64,000 nucleotides of DNA from Octopus bimaculoides (Eukaryota). The position numbers were made by a program, and so were the translations under genes. Location of the stretch: contig NC_068988.1 of assembly GCF_001194135.2 (NCBI RefSeq), positions 60,617,632 through 60,681,631 on the forward strand, in the 5' to 3' direction. Shown piece by piece: positions 1 to 11,184 of the stretch (its first letter is position 1; each line of letters begins with the position of its first letter). The notes beneath the pieces were generated by a model. That model was not told the DNA's origin. It worked only from the letters and a program-made list of their open reading frames with translations, and searched no databases.

Positions 1-179
1 GCTGTTGATTTCTTGTTTTCCTTGGATCATCGAATTAAGTGATGCGAAATTAATTTTTAGATTTTGTTCTCTTAAATGCTTAGTTTGAGATTAACGATAG
101 CTGAAAAAACAGAATATCGGTCAGCCAATTCAAAGGTCGGAAGTTCACACTTTGACTATTCTCCACTATGGTGTAACTG

Positions 180-350
180 GTGTGTGTCATCTGTCACAGT
201 TTTCGAGTTTGTAGCTGCTCTCCGGGAGCTCGAAGCCTTATACAGGCTTATAAAGTAGACTTGAAAGTGCTGCCACCATAAAAGCGTTGTCCTCGAAGAT
301 CCCTAGCTACGCTACTGCCCACTACATTGTGTCCGAGGTCACAACAGCCC
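180..350 (+). repeat. Unclassified interspersed repeat, copy 1 (related to ~32870-33050)
   Basis: GGCTTATAAAGTAGACTTGAAAGTGCTG..CATAAAAGCGTTGTCCTCGAAG aligns by eye with GGCTCATACAGCAGACCTGAAAGTGCTT..CATAAAAATGTCGCTCGAGG near 32950. Confidence 0.4.
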
Positions 351-999
351 TCTTTACAGTAATTCAACATATTTCCCATTTCTTCAATAAAGGCTCTACC
401 CGAACTATTGAAATTCCCTGTTTCCATGGAACTTATTAAATTTTAATTCGGTTTTGTATTTGGTTTGCGAGTTTCTTGATGTGAATTCGTGTGTTGAAAC
501 AAATTTTATTGTGACTTGGGAGTGTCCTTACGCCAATATTGGAGCGAGAGTGAAAGTCACTAAGTCACTGAAAAGACCGCGAAAAGCGACGAAAGAAGTT
601 CGACTAACAAAAAGCCGATTGATTGTTTAACCAGCACATTAAGCAAACGATCGATTAGTTAGTTGGTCAGATATTTATATATAATTGACTAACAATAAAG
701 AAGTGGTATTATACCTGTGCGTGTGTTATGATTATTGGTGTAATAACTATCCTAAGACAACAAAATTATTAAATTTTATGATCTGTATTAATTGACTTTT
801 ACCAATACAGACCATCACTTATTTCCTTGGGCTCAAGTTTTTATTTTTGTGCTTTATTTTGAATGCTCAAGTTGCCGTTGCTATAAGTATTACTTTAGCG
901 CTAGATTCACCACGATAAGCTTTAGGAACAACACTGTAAAACAGTGTGCAACTTTTCCTGAGAATATGGAGTAAGGCAGTTAAAAAATTAGTGAAAAGG

Positions 1000-1800
1000 G
1001 AACCGTTTAAGTCAGGGTAGTCACTAGAACATGCTACTTGTAGGACTGAGTTAAAGGCTTGTAATGTCTGAAAGTTCTGAAGGTTTTATGTATGTAGAAC
1101 GAAATTCTTTTCGAATGTTCGTTGAGGATTTTCTTGGCGAAAAAAAAAAGCGTGTATATATTTTCGGTGGTGCAGCGGTTGCAGGGTCTATAATTTACGA
1201 GGTATCGATTCGTCTTTGATGAGATGTTCCATCCTAGGTTGATATTCCATATTTCTAGATTCCACATCCCAGATGTAACTGGAAAGTGGAGTGTCGTTCC
1301 TTCACATTGGGTTTCAGACTATATAAGCATGTTGATTAAGGAATAGTGTGAGAGAATTAGAGGTAAGACCGATATATTGTCTTAGAAGAGCAGCTTTTGC
1401 ATACTGTACATTAAGAAACGATATGTTTTCGCTGAACAGTTGGAATTTAGTATAGAAGTTTTAGTGTGGAGACAGTTGCAGTTATTGACTTTAAAGATAA
1501 ATAGATTAGCGTTAGGTTGGTTCAGTTTAGAGAGGTTAGAAGAAGTGAGTAGTTGCGAACAGTGTGGGTGTAGAAGAATAACAGATTTTAATATTTCCGT
1601 TGAACATTTGGTAACATTTATACCATGTTGTGAAATGTTTCATGAGTACTTGTGCAATAGGTGTGGTAACTGCTACATTAATTGGAGGATTAAAACAACT
1701 TATATTTCTTTTCCAATTTCTGTTTCTAATTCCATGCTTGACTGACCTAGTTGGTTCTTCAGCAGCATTTTTTTCTAAATACCTTCTCGCTCCACTCTAT
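1000..1800 (-). mobile_element. Penelope-like element fragment (RT C-terminal linker + GIY-YIG endonuclease), decayed
   Basis: Minus frames give FNPPINVAVTTPIAQVLMKHF..QMFNGNIKICYSS (PLE linker FNPP motif), CNC, QYIGLTSNS (YIG box), RNDTPLSSYIWD and WNISSK..RPCNRCTTEN, in PLE order, with stops and frameshifts. Confidence 0.75.
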
Positions 1801-2349
1801 AATACCTAAACGTAAGCTGTAAACGATTCATAAATATGAATTTTAACAGTCATATTTTTTTTATTAAGCCGCTCTTCCGACCAAATTCATCCGCTTCACC
1901 CTACCGAAATTATGCCTTCACTTCGTTTTTGGGTTCATTTTCCCGTCTCCTTCTCCCTACGGATTTTCCTTCATTGTTTCTGAAGAATTCCAAAGGATTG
2001 TTACACATTTATGAACCCGTAAACTAACGAATAGATAACACTAATTTTGGAAGTATTGAGTACTTTATTTAGTTTCTAATTGATCTTGCTATAAGCAGAG
2101 CCTGTACACACAAACACACACCCATACACATCCACACACATATACTACGTATGTACATGTATAAATACGTAAATGCATGCGTATGCTTATACGTATGTGG
2201 ATAAGTGTATGTGTGTGTGTGTGTGCATGCATATGCGTATTAATATGTATTTGTGTATTTTGCTTTCCAGTTAAAACCACAATTTAAAGCACAGTACACA
2301 CACACTCACACACACACACACACTCACACACACTCACACACACATATAT

Positions 2350-2640
2350 GGGCTGTGTGGCACGGTATGAAGATGTTGTGGGCGTCTTAACTGCCACGAT
2401 TTGCATCATCCTCGTATAATGTTATTACAGATCTATAGTCTTTAAACACAGCTGTTGATGTTCATACCATAAGTACACTATTGCCAAAAGTTCAGATTCC
2501 ACTGTTGCTATAAATGGGAGCTAAACAAGCAACCACAAGAAGAAACCATCTCGAGTTGTAGTCAATGAAGCTAAACCCCATCTTGTAGCCGTGGAATAGA
2601 ACAGCAACCAACCTCACATGCAGCTATCGGAATAGGAGCG
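2350..2640 (-). mobile_element. Possible very old LINE reverse transcriptase fragment
   Basis: Minus frame NSGI*TFGNSVL...VITLYEDDAN loosely resembles SGVPQGSVL...LYADD; heavily degraded. Confidence 0.25.
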
Positions 2641-2928
2641 ACATTGTTTTATAAACTAGAAATATTCCTTAACTTTGTATTTTGTTGCTGTTTTGGCTGT
2701 TACTGGTGATGTTGTCGCAGTTGTTATTGTTGTTTGATGTTGTTGTTGCTGTCGTTGTTTTATTGGTTTTACACGCAAGTGCTTTTATAATTCCAGCTCC
2801 CACTGGAAAGTTCGCGCTCTCTCCTCGTTTACTTCTACGTTTTTCCTTACCGTTCTTCTTATTCATTTTCATCTGTGCGTATTCCCTCTGCTGCTTCATT
2901 CAGTTTCCCCCTCGTCCTCGTCCTCCCT

Positions 2929-3176
2929 TTCTTCTTCTTCTTCTTCTTCTTCTTCTTCTTCTTCTTCTTCTTCTTCTTCTTTTTTCTCTTTCTTCTTCTT
3001 CTTCTTCTTCTTCTTCTTTTTCTTCTTCTTCTTCTTCTTCTTCTTCTTCTTCTTCTTCTTCTTTTCTTCTTTTTTCTCTTTCTTCTTCTTCTTCTTCTTC
3101 TTCTTCTTTTTCTTTTTCTTCTTCTTCTTCTTCTTCTTCTTCTTCTTCTTCTTCTTCTTCTTCTTCTTCTTCTTCA
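2929..3176 (+). repeat. (CTT)n microsatellite followed by (ACC)/(CAT)/(CGT) tracts to ~3380
   Basis: Directly visible; source of the poly-F/L/S/K/E ORFs at 2682-3404. Confidence 0.97.
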
Positions 3177-3485
3177 GCACCACCTTCATTACCACCACCA
3201 CCACCATCATCAAAATTCTCAGCTTCTTTCTTCATCCCTTCCTCCTCATCATGTTATTGCAATGTCATTTTCATGTTGAATCATCAAAATCATCATCATC
3301 ATCATCATTACCATCATCATCGTCATCATTATCATCATCATTATCATCATCATCATCAACATCATCGTCGTCGTCGTCGTCAAAGTTTATTTTTGCTAAA
3401 CTAACTAAATATTTTTAAATACGTCTCCATTCACTCTCCTCCCCCTCCTCCTCCTCCTCTCACTCTTTTTCTCTTCTCATTACAG

Positions 3486-3550
3486 GGTACTGGATTATAA
3501 TCGTGCTGTTATTCATTGCTATTGTTGTTGTGGCTGCCGTTCCCACCTAA
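3486..3550 (+). CDS. STX8: Syntaxin-8 last coding exon (C-terminal transmembrane anchor); upstream exons not found in window
   Basis: Acceptor TTTTCTCTTCTCATTACAG| at 3485; phase-1 exon reads (G)YWIIIVLLFIAIVVVAAVPT* with TAA at 3548-3550. Matches the Qc-SNARE STX8 tail as I recall it (human ..SCGMIMVILLLLVAIVVVAVWPTN; fly-type CGYWIVII..FVAIIVV). Confidence 0.8.
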
Positions 3551-3716
3551 CTTGCCAGCCGATGATGCGGCGTGGGAGTGGGTACCCTTATCTTTCCAGC
3601 CAGGTAGGTTGCATTTGTCAATTAAAATTAATATCACATTACTAACTTTATTTTTGGAGAGTTACTTTTAAAACAAACTTAAGTTACGACATTCTTCACG
3701 AAAGATTTCTTTTTCA

Positions 3717-4010
3717 AACCGCCCCCACCACCATCGAGACAACAAGTATCACCACCATCGGCTTCATCACCATCGGCTTCATCACCATCATTATAACAAG
3801 TACCACCATCAGCAACATCACCATCCTCACAACAAATGCTACAATCACCACCATCACCAAGAGCACCACCACCACCACCACCATTGCCACTATCATCACA
3901 AGTACCACTACTACAACCACATCACCACCATAACCACCACCATCTCCAACACTACCACTAGCAGAACCATTACCACGACCATGACCACCACCACCAATAT
4001 ATCTGCCACA
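3717..4010 (+). repeat. Degenerate (ACC/ATC)n low-complexity tract
   Basis: Trinucleotide-derived; gives Thr-rich (+) and Val/Met-rich (-) pseudo-ORFs. Confidence 0.85.
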
Positions 4011-4528
4011 TCAAAGAAACAGTTATTAAAAAGATGAATAAANNNNNNNNNNNNNNNNNNNNNNNNNNNNNNNNNNNNNNNNNNNNNNNNNNNNNNNNNN
4101 NNNNNNNNNNNNNNNNNNNNNNNNNNNNNNNNNNNNNNNNNNNNNNNNNNNNNNNNNNNNNNNNNNNNNNNNNNNNNNNNNNNNNNNNNNNNNNNNNNNN
4201 NNNNNNNNNNNNNNNNNNNNNNNNNNNNNNNNNNNNNNNNNNNNNNNNNNNNNNNNNNNNNNNNNNNNNNNNNNNNNNNNNNNNNNNNNNNNNNNNNNNN
4301 NNNNNNNNNNNNNNNNNNNNNNNNNNNNNNNNNNNNNNNNNNNNNNNNNNNNNNNNNNNNNNNNNNNNNNNNNNNNNNNNNNNNNNNNNNNNNTTTCATT
4401 CATGTGTGTTAACTGCAGCATTATAGCATTTTAGCTCGTATTTCTAGCAATGTAGGTGTTTCTTAACACCCTGGTCACGTTCAGTGACAATTATAATTCT
4501 CCTTTTTGGTGAAACATAGCAACTTGCT

Positions 4529-4571
<43 letters not shown>

Positions 4572-4578
4572 AGAGAAG

Positions 4579-4819
4579 GAATGGAGTAGATAATATTCTG
4601 GCTACATATGCTTCATAGCGAGCAGAACCTGGGAAGTGGTAAATATTCAAGCGAGGTGCATACCGCCGGCTACTCTTCAAGCCAAGGGTATCTTTCATTT
4701 AATCAAGATATCCTTGCCCCGAAGAGTAGCTTGCGGTATACACCTCGCTTGGTTTTTACCACTACCGAAGTTCTGCTCGTTATGAAACATATGTAGCCCG
4801 GATCTTATCTACTCCATTC
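4579..4819. mobile_element. Full-length fold-back (palindromic) element, probable MITE
   Basis: GAATGGAGTAGATAA (4579-4593) is the exact reverse complement of TTATCTACTCCATTC (4805-4819); arms of ~115 bp pair at roughly 80% around a ~10-nt loop near 4695-4705. Confidence 0.8.
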
Positions 4820-5137
4820 TGTAACTCTTGTATTCTTATTCACACACTCGGCAATCCTCGTTGCCTACCGTGAAATATAAAAAAAAAAGACTTTTTCAAT
4901 TTATCGTAATTCGGTAAGAAAAAAATCCACAACCTTTCATCTCAATAAACCACTATTGCCCCTGAAGGTCTTTTGTTATATTTACTACGGTTTGCTTGAA
5001 GCTAACCTTCTTCCTACGTCTCGATCCTTGGATCTTATATATATTTGATTAAAATATGTTTTTTTTTAGCATTCATGCTTTCTTTGGGCATATTTGAATA
5101 TATCATGATCATTCCCTAGACATACTGTCTTGAGTCT

Positions 5138-5353
5138 AAGGTGGCGAGCTGGCAGAAGTGTTAGCATGCCGGGCAAAATGCTTAGCGGCATTTCGTCTAT
5201 TTTTACGTTCTGAGTTCAAATTCCGCCGAGTTTGACTTTGCCTTTCATCCTTTCGGGGTCGATAAATTAAGTACCGGCTGTGTACTGGTGTCGATCTAAT
5301 CGACTAGCCCCCTCTCCCAAAATTTCGGGCATTGTGCCTAGAGTAGAAAAGAT
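5138..5353 (+). mobile_element. tRNA-derived SINE, family B (GGCGAGCTGGCAGAA head), with 15-bp TSD
   Basis: A box TGGCAGAAGTG, B box GAGTTCAAATTCC; perfect TSD TACTGTCTTGAGTCT at 5123-5137 and 5354-5368. Confidence 0.9.
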
Positions 5354-5369
5354 TACTGTCTTGAGTCTT

Positions 5370-5610
5370 ATGACTCATAGGGCCGGTTACCCGGTATTCA
5401 TGACACATAAGTTACTAAGATATTAGAACATTTCTTCAGTAAACGATTCCAGTCCGTCGCAGGTTTAATTATTTAGAGCTGAATGGACTGGAGCGACAGG
5501 AAGTGACGTATTTTGTTCAAGAACATAACGCGCTTTCTGATCTCGGAATCGAAGCCACGAATTTGCGATCGTGAGCGCAAAACCATAACCATTAGTCCAG
5601 CATTTGGATA
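5370..5610 (-). mobile_element. Decayed CORE-type SINE
   Basis: GCTGAATGGACTGGAGCGAC..GTATTTTGTTCAAGAACATAAC..GGAATCGAA matches the CORE/B-box block of the copies at 51266 and 62547. Confidence 0.65.
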
Positions 5611-6074
5611 CAAAAGAAAGAAGAATAACTTGACGCAGGAATAGAAGAGGTGTAGCAATGAAAGCATTTCTGTCGAGACCATCCTGTTTTCCTAGAAAGA
5701 GTAATTTTTTTTTTCTATTGAAATGTGTCTTTTTTAAAAAAAAACTACTGTATAAATAAAGGTAATATTTTAGACTAGAGATCGATAACAGCATGTGAAC
5801 TCACTTTTCTACGAGTTAAATTCTTATTGTACTCATACGCCATATTATGAAATATTTCATCTGTTTCGTGATGCGGCCTTAGGATTTAATTAGTATTTCA
5901 CTCATTCACAGAGTTTCCTCGTAAAGAAAATACCAAACAAGACCCACTGTCTTTCAAGTTTCAGCTTGCAGCTCTGTTAATTTGATAGCAACTTATTTCG
6001 GCTCTGGCATGTATTTGTACTGTTCCAATAGATGAGATATATATATATATATATATATATATAGAAGTGGTCTT

Positions 6075-6360
6075 TGAATATTGAAATGCCACATTGTGCT
6101 GCCGGTGTAACATCGATTACATTTGTTGCATTGTATCTGGGTAACCATGTGAGCTCGCAGGAGATATGTCAGATGGTCTGTGGGAGTAGGTTTTTAGGCA
6201 TCGGAGAGTTGGGGGTAGTGGTGGCGGTGGTGGAGAGTCGTTTCCTCTATAAGTGTCCGTAAGGAGGAATCAGTGTGGGTCAGTTGTATATAATTTTAAT
6301 GGAAGTCGGAGCCGAAGTATCGTGAGTGATGTCCGAGTTGCACACCGAAATGTCTAACTT
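6075..6360 (-). mobile_element. Penelope-like GIY-YIG endonuclease fragment
   Basis: Minus frame VTQIQCNKCNRCYTGSTMWHFNIQR resembles the PLE VYxIxCxxCxxxYIGxT motif; differs from the PLE type at 1000-1800. Confidence 0.55.
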
Positions 6361-6756
6361 GTGGGCCAAATAAGCTAGCTTTATTAGACATCACAGACCA
6401 ATCAACAACAGATAGGCATCCCTACAACAGCACATTTGACATCACCTTTCCGTCGCGCACACGTGGCCGTTATCTTACGTAATATACGCCATGCAATGCT
6501 TTACAGAGACCCACTTTCTTCACACTTCACTAACATACTTTTCCCATCCCATATAGATAAAAAAAAATGTGTCGAACTCAGAGGCGTTTTCTGTTCTACT
6601 CTCTCTTTGAAAAAAAAATGATATTTTACCTGAAATGTCGGTTAAATAATAATTTCTTTATGTAAAAGTTTAGTGATAGTTCCTTAATTTCAGTGTAGTA
6701 GCTTTTTAAATTACTGTTTCTATCCCACAATTCTTGAAGCAAGCTTCAACAACCTA

Positions 6757-6820
<64 letters not shown>

Positions 6821-7313
6821 GTATAAATGTATGTATGTATGTATGTTTGTATAATTTGTATAATGTGTATAATATACGCGCGTGCGCATACACACACACA
6901 CACATACACACACACACAATTGGATACATTGTTAGAGCGTCGAAAAGAATGCTTTTCGGTATTGATTCGGGATGACTAAAGTCTGGGTTCAAATATTGCA
7001 GAAGTTTAGCGGTCAACTTTGTTTTTTATTGTTTTGGAATCGATAAAAGACGTGTTGTTGTTGTTGTTGTTCTTCTTCTTCTTCTTATTATTATTATTAT
7101 TATTATTATCATTATTATTATTATTATTNNNNNNNNNNNNNNNNNNNNNNNNNNNNNNNNNNNNNNNNNNNNNNNNNNNNNNNNNNNNNNNNNNNNNNNN
7201 NNNNNNNNNNNNNNNNNNNNNNNNNNNNNNNNNNNNNNNNNNNNNNNNNNNNNNNNNNNNNNNNNNNNNNNNNNNNNNNNNNNNNNNNNNNNNNNNNNNN
7301 NNNNNNNNNNNNN

Positions 7314-7603
7314 AGCACTCCACAGACACGTGTACCCTTAACGTAGTTCTCGAGGATATTCAGCGTGACACAGTGTGACAAGGCTGACCCTTTGAATTAC
7401 AGGCACAACAGAAACAGGAAGTAAGAGTGAGTGAAAGTTGTGGTGGAAGAGTACAGCAGGGTTCGCCACCATCCCCTGCCGGAGCCTCGTGGAGCTTTAG
7501 GTGTTTTCGCTCAATAAAGACTCACAACGCCCGGTCTGGGAATCGAAACCGCGATCCTATGACCGCGAGTCCGCTGCCCTAACCACTGGGCCATTGCGCC
7601 TCC
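7314..7603 (-). mobile_element. tRNA-derived SINE, family C (GGAGGCGCAATGGCCCAGTGG head); 3' end lost in gap
   Basis: Reverse complement of the full copy at 28794-29174; A and B boxes intact. Confidence 0.9.
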
Positions 7604-7614
7604 ACTGACCTAAA

Positions 7615-8150
7615 TATACTGGACTTATTAAACAGCTTACTAATTGCAACATCAGAATGTATCGAAACGACCGTTTTTCAGTGTCACTTCATAATGACGT
7701 CACACTTTAGATACTTTTATAAAGAACCTCACAGTGTAGGGCTTAGCTTAGATTTCAATACTTACAAACCTTTCCACAAACCAAATGAGGGACTGTATAG
7801 ATAAACACTTCTGCCTCTACCTCATAGTTTTTAGAAGTTTAAAAATATTACTTAGAATATTCTTAATCTGTCTTCATCTAAAAAACTTTTGATAAAGCAG
7901 CCCCTTATTCCAAAAGGGCTTTAGTTGGCAGAAGTATTTTGTACTTTTCCAGAACAGCAATATTAATAATTATCGGGTTTTCCACCTCTCTTTCTAATGT
8001 AGGTAAGAAATTTGTGGCCCTTTCAGATAAGCATTTCCCAGCAAATCAGAGGTAATGGAAGCTTTTCAACAACAATATTGTCTAAATTAGCTACAACTGT
8101 TCCTCTAACATGGGAATACTTATTACCACCCATCTAAACAATCTAAACTA
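7615..8150 (+). mobile_element. Penelope-like RT fragment
   Basis: MYRNDRFS (LYRDDG-like), TYKPFHKPNE, FDKAAPY, SNVGKKFVAL.DKHFP, KLFNNNIV.ISYNC - PLE RT thumb/linker motifs with many stops. Confidence 0.75.
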
Positions 8151-8288
8151 AACTTTTTTTACTCACTCACACACACACATGTTAAAGATTTTCGTCCAGT
8201 ACCTTACAGTTTCCACTTTATTTTCTTCCATTGTAAATATAACAGTGAATTAAATTTAAATTATTTATCTATTTTCTTTCCGTTGCAG

Positions 8289-8470
8289 ATCCACCGACAC
8301 CGAAGCCGCATCAAGCCCCTACACATTGAACATATATCTATATATATATAAATCGAAACAAAAAAGTTGTAATTTTAATTATTTCCATATTTTTCCATTT
8401 TAATATAAGTACCTATGAAATGACTTAACAGTCACGTATTTGTGGAATAAATCTCTCCAGAAACTTTTAG
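8289..8470 (+). other. Candidate terminal exon of STX8 (3' UTR or alternative C-terminus)
   Basis: Strong acceptor TTATTTATCTATTTTCTTTCCGTTGCAG| at 8288; AATAAA at 8446-8451; upstream unpaired donor CAG|GTAGGT at 3603/3604. No transcript evidence. Confidence 0.4.
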
Positions 8471-8544
8471 ACTTTAAAAAATATTTCAGATTTTTGATTT
8501 TTTTTTTGTTTCTATTCTTTTTTTTTCTATATATTTTACTTCTT

Positions 8545-8905
8545 TTAGTCATTAGACTGTGGCCCTGCTGCAACACTGCCTTGAAGTGTCTAGTTGAACT
8601 AACCGATTCCAGTACTTACGTTTTTTGAAGTCTGGTACTTAATCTATTAGTCTGTTTTGTCGAACCTGCTAAGCCATAGGAACGTAAACAAAGGAACACC
8701 GGTTTCAAACGTTGGTGAGAGAGAGACACACACACGCATAAAAATATATGCGACAGGCTTCACACAGTTTCCGTCTACCAAATATACTCACAAGGCATTG
8801 GTCAGCTCAGGGTTACAACAGAAGTCACTTGTCAAAGGTGTTGCGCAGCGGGACTGAACTTGAAACCACGTGGGTACAAATCGAGCTTCTTTACCTCACA
8901 ACCAT
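8545..8905 (-). mobile_element. CORE-type SINE, family A, diverged copy
   Basis: Homologous to 9596-9988 over its length (TTCCGTCTACCAAAT..CACAAGGC, GGGACTGAAC). Confidence 0.8.
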
Positions 8906-9221
8906 TATTTTTCTCGTTTGTTTTTGTTATTAAACGAAACCGTTTTATTCTCGATAACCGAATACGATGGGATATTTGATCAGCAGCAGCCGTAACTGTA
9001 TAGAAGGTGTCAACACAAAGCCGAAGCATTGGATTGATAGAAAAATTCACTCGGTTTTTTCTTCTTGGCACTTCATCGTCATGCCTGAAAAGCGGTAAAA
9101 TTTATTCAAATTTCAAAAGCGATAAACAAAAGTTGTAGAAAAAGAATAGTGCTATAAAATAAATAAATAGATAAATATATAAATAAATGAATAAAAAACA
9201 AAGCCCCATAAAACACTTATC

Positions 9222-9544
9222 CTCTGTAAGCCTAGTTCTTATTCTATTGGTCTCTTTTGGCGAACCGCTAAGTTACGGGGACGTAGACACATCACCATCG
9301 GTTGTTAAGCGATGCTGGGGAGACAAACACAGACACACAAACATATACACACACACACACATATATATATATACATATATACGACGGGCTTCTTTCAGTT
9401 TCCGTCTACCAAATCCACTCATAAGGCTTTGGTCGGCCCGAGGCTATAGTAGAAGACATTTGCCCAAGGTGCCACGTAGTGGGACTGAACCCGGAACCAT
9501 GTGGTTGGTAAGCAAGCTTCTTACCACACAGCCACACTTACGCC

Positions 9545-9545
<1 letters not shown>
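9222..9545 (-). mobile_element. CORE-type SINE, family A (3'-truncated)
   Basis: Near-exact reverse complement of 9596-9905. Confidence 0.92.
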
Positions 9546-9586
<41 letters not shown>

Positions 9587-9595
9587 CATATAATA

Positions 9596-9988
9596 GGCGC
9601 AGGAGTGGCTGTGTGGTAAGTAGCTTGCCTACCACATGGTTCCGGGTTCAGTCCCACTGCGTGGTACCTTGGGCAAGTGTCTTCTACTATAGCCTCGGGC
9701 CGACCAAAGCCTTGTGAGTGGATTTGGTAGACGGAAACTGAAAGAAGCCCGTCGTATATATGTATATATATATGTCTGTATGTGTTTGTGTGTCTGTGTT
9801 TGTCCCCCTAGCATTGCTTGACAACCGATGCTGGTGTGTTTATGTCCCCGTCACTTAGCGGTTCGGCAAAAGAGACCGATAGAATAAGTACTAGGCTTAC
9901 AAAGAATAAGTCCCGGGGTCGATTTGCTCGACTAAAGGCGGTGCTCCAGCATGGCCGCAGTCAAATGACTGAAACAAGTAGAGAGTAT
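9596..9988 (+). mobile_element. CORE-type SINE, family A, full length (resembles octopus OR-type SINEs)
   Basis: A box TGGCTGTGTGG, B box GGTTCAGTCCC, CORE block CACCTTGGGCAAGTGTCTT (here TACCTTGGGCAAGTGTCTT), internal TA/TG microsatellite, tail GACTGAAACAAGTAGAGAGTA. Confidence 0.92.
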
Positions 9989-10099
9989 ATAATAATATAA
10001 ATAATATATAAGCATGTGCACATATACATACCTACATATATATGTATATATACATGCATATATGGATACAGGACATAAAAAAAACGTGAACAAAAAGGG

Positions 10100-10300
10100 A
10101 AACGAGAACATAAAAAAACAGAAGACGAAATTATTTTCGAACAACGAAAGAAACAAGTAGAGAAACGAGACAGGCAACATAAAGAACATTCCCTTCATCA
10201 GTTGTCCCCCTGTTTTATTTACTCCGCGTTTCAAAGGTAAGGACAAGGTGCGACTTCGTTAAAACAGTCCTTCCCACAAAACAAATTAAATTAAAAAAAC
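10100..10300 (-). repeat. Interspersed repeat shared with 57267-57430 (possible retroelement terminal repeat)
   Basis: Both copies read GTGGGAAG..TTTGAAACGC..CTGATGAAGG.AATGTTCT.TATGT.GCCTGT. Confidence 0.55.
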
Positions 10301-11184
10301 AGGACAGTGAGAACAAAACAGTAAAAACAAACAGTGAGGGCTGTTAAGCCAAGAAGATGTGAAGTGGTGAACACTGAAAAAACGAGCTTTGAGAAGAGAC
10401 TGGTAAAAGCACGTCTCGTCTTTAGGAAGAAAGAAAGATGGATAGCCGTTGGTCACGTGTGAGCAACGAGTCAAGGAGGAAGAGTAAGAGAGGGGGACGG
10501 TTAATGGGAGAGGAGACGAATAAGGAAAGAGTGGGAGAGAAAAACAGAAAGAAAGAAGAACAAGAGAGGGAGATAGATAAAAGAATAGAGATAGAATGAG
10601 ACTGCGCATCGTAATTATTAAGATAAAACTTACTTGGAAATGGATGCGTGGCGTTCGATCATATAATAATATAAATAATATATAAGTATATGCATATATA
10701 CATATATATATATTATATCTATATCTATATCTCTCTCTGTTTCTCTCTCTCTATATATATGGCATAAATAAATTTATGTTTTATGTAGAATGTCTTACAG
10801 CTGTTTCAGGGAAAGTTCAATGTATCCCTTTATCGGAGACGGTAATAGTAGAAGATAAGGATTATTACATCTGTATGAGGAGATTTGCAGTAAGAAATGA
10901 GAGCGATGCAGAGAAGAAAAAACAAAGAAGAAAAAGTACTTGGAGTATAGTTCCATTCCAAAAGTAAATATCCATGTATAGAATCCGTGTGGGTATTTTC
11001 CAGTGATAATTATATTTATATTGGTGGATACATATCATTTCGTATCCATATGGAGATCGATCCATAAGGAGTCTACTATAGACCTTTGTGGAGAAATGTT
11101 TGCTATTTTGGTAACGATTACATGTTTATCTCACCAATACATTGTGGAGACATCATTATATGAACATATATATATATATTGTAC

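Noticed and set aside
10100-10300. GAAAC followed by CTGATGA (also 57310-57360) as a circularly permuted type II hammerhead
   Set aside because: Neither copy has a UH cleavage site or a convincing stem I between the boxes; kept only as a repeat.
10790-11160. Complex, coding-looking block with ~60-80 aa frames on both strands
   Set aside because: Every frame is interrupted, I recognise no motif, and there is no consistent splice pair.
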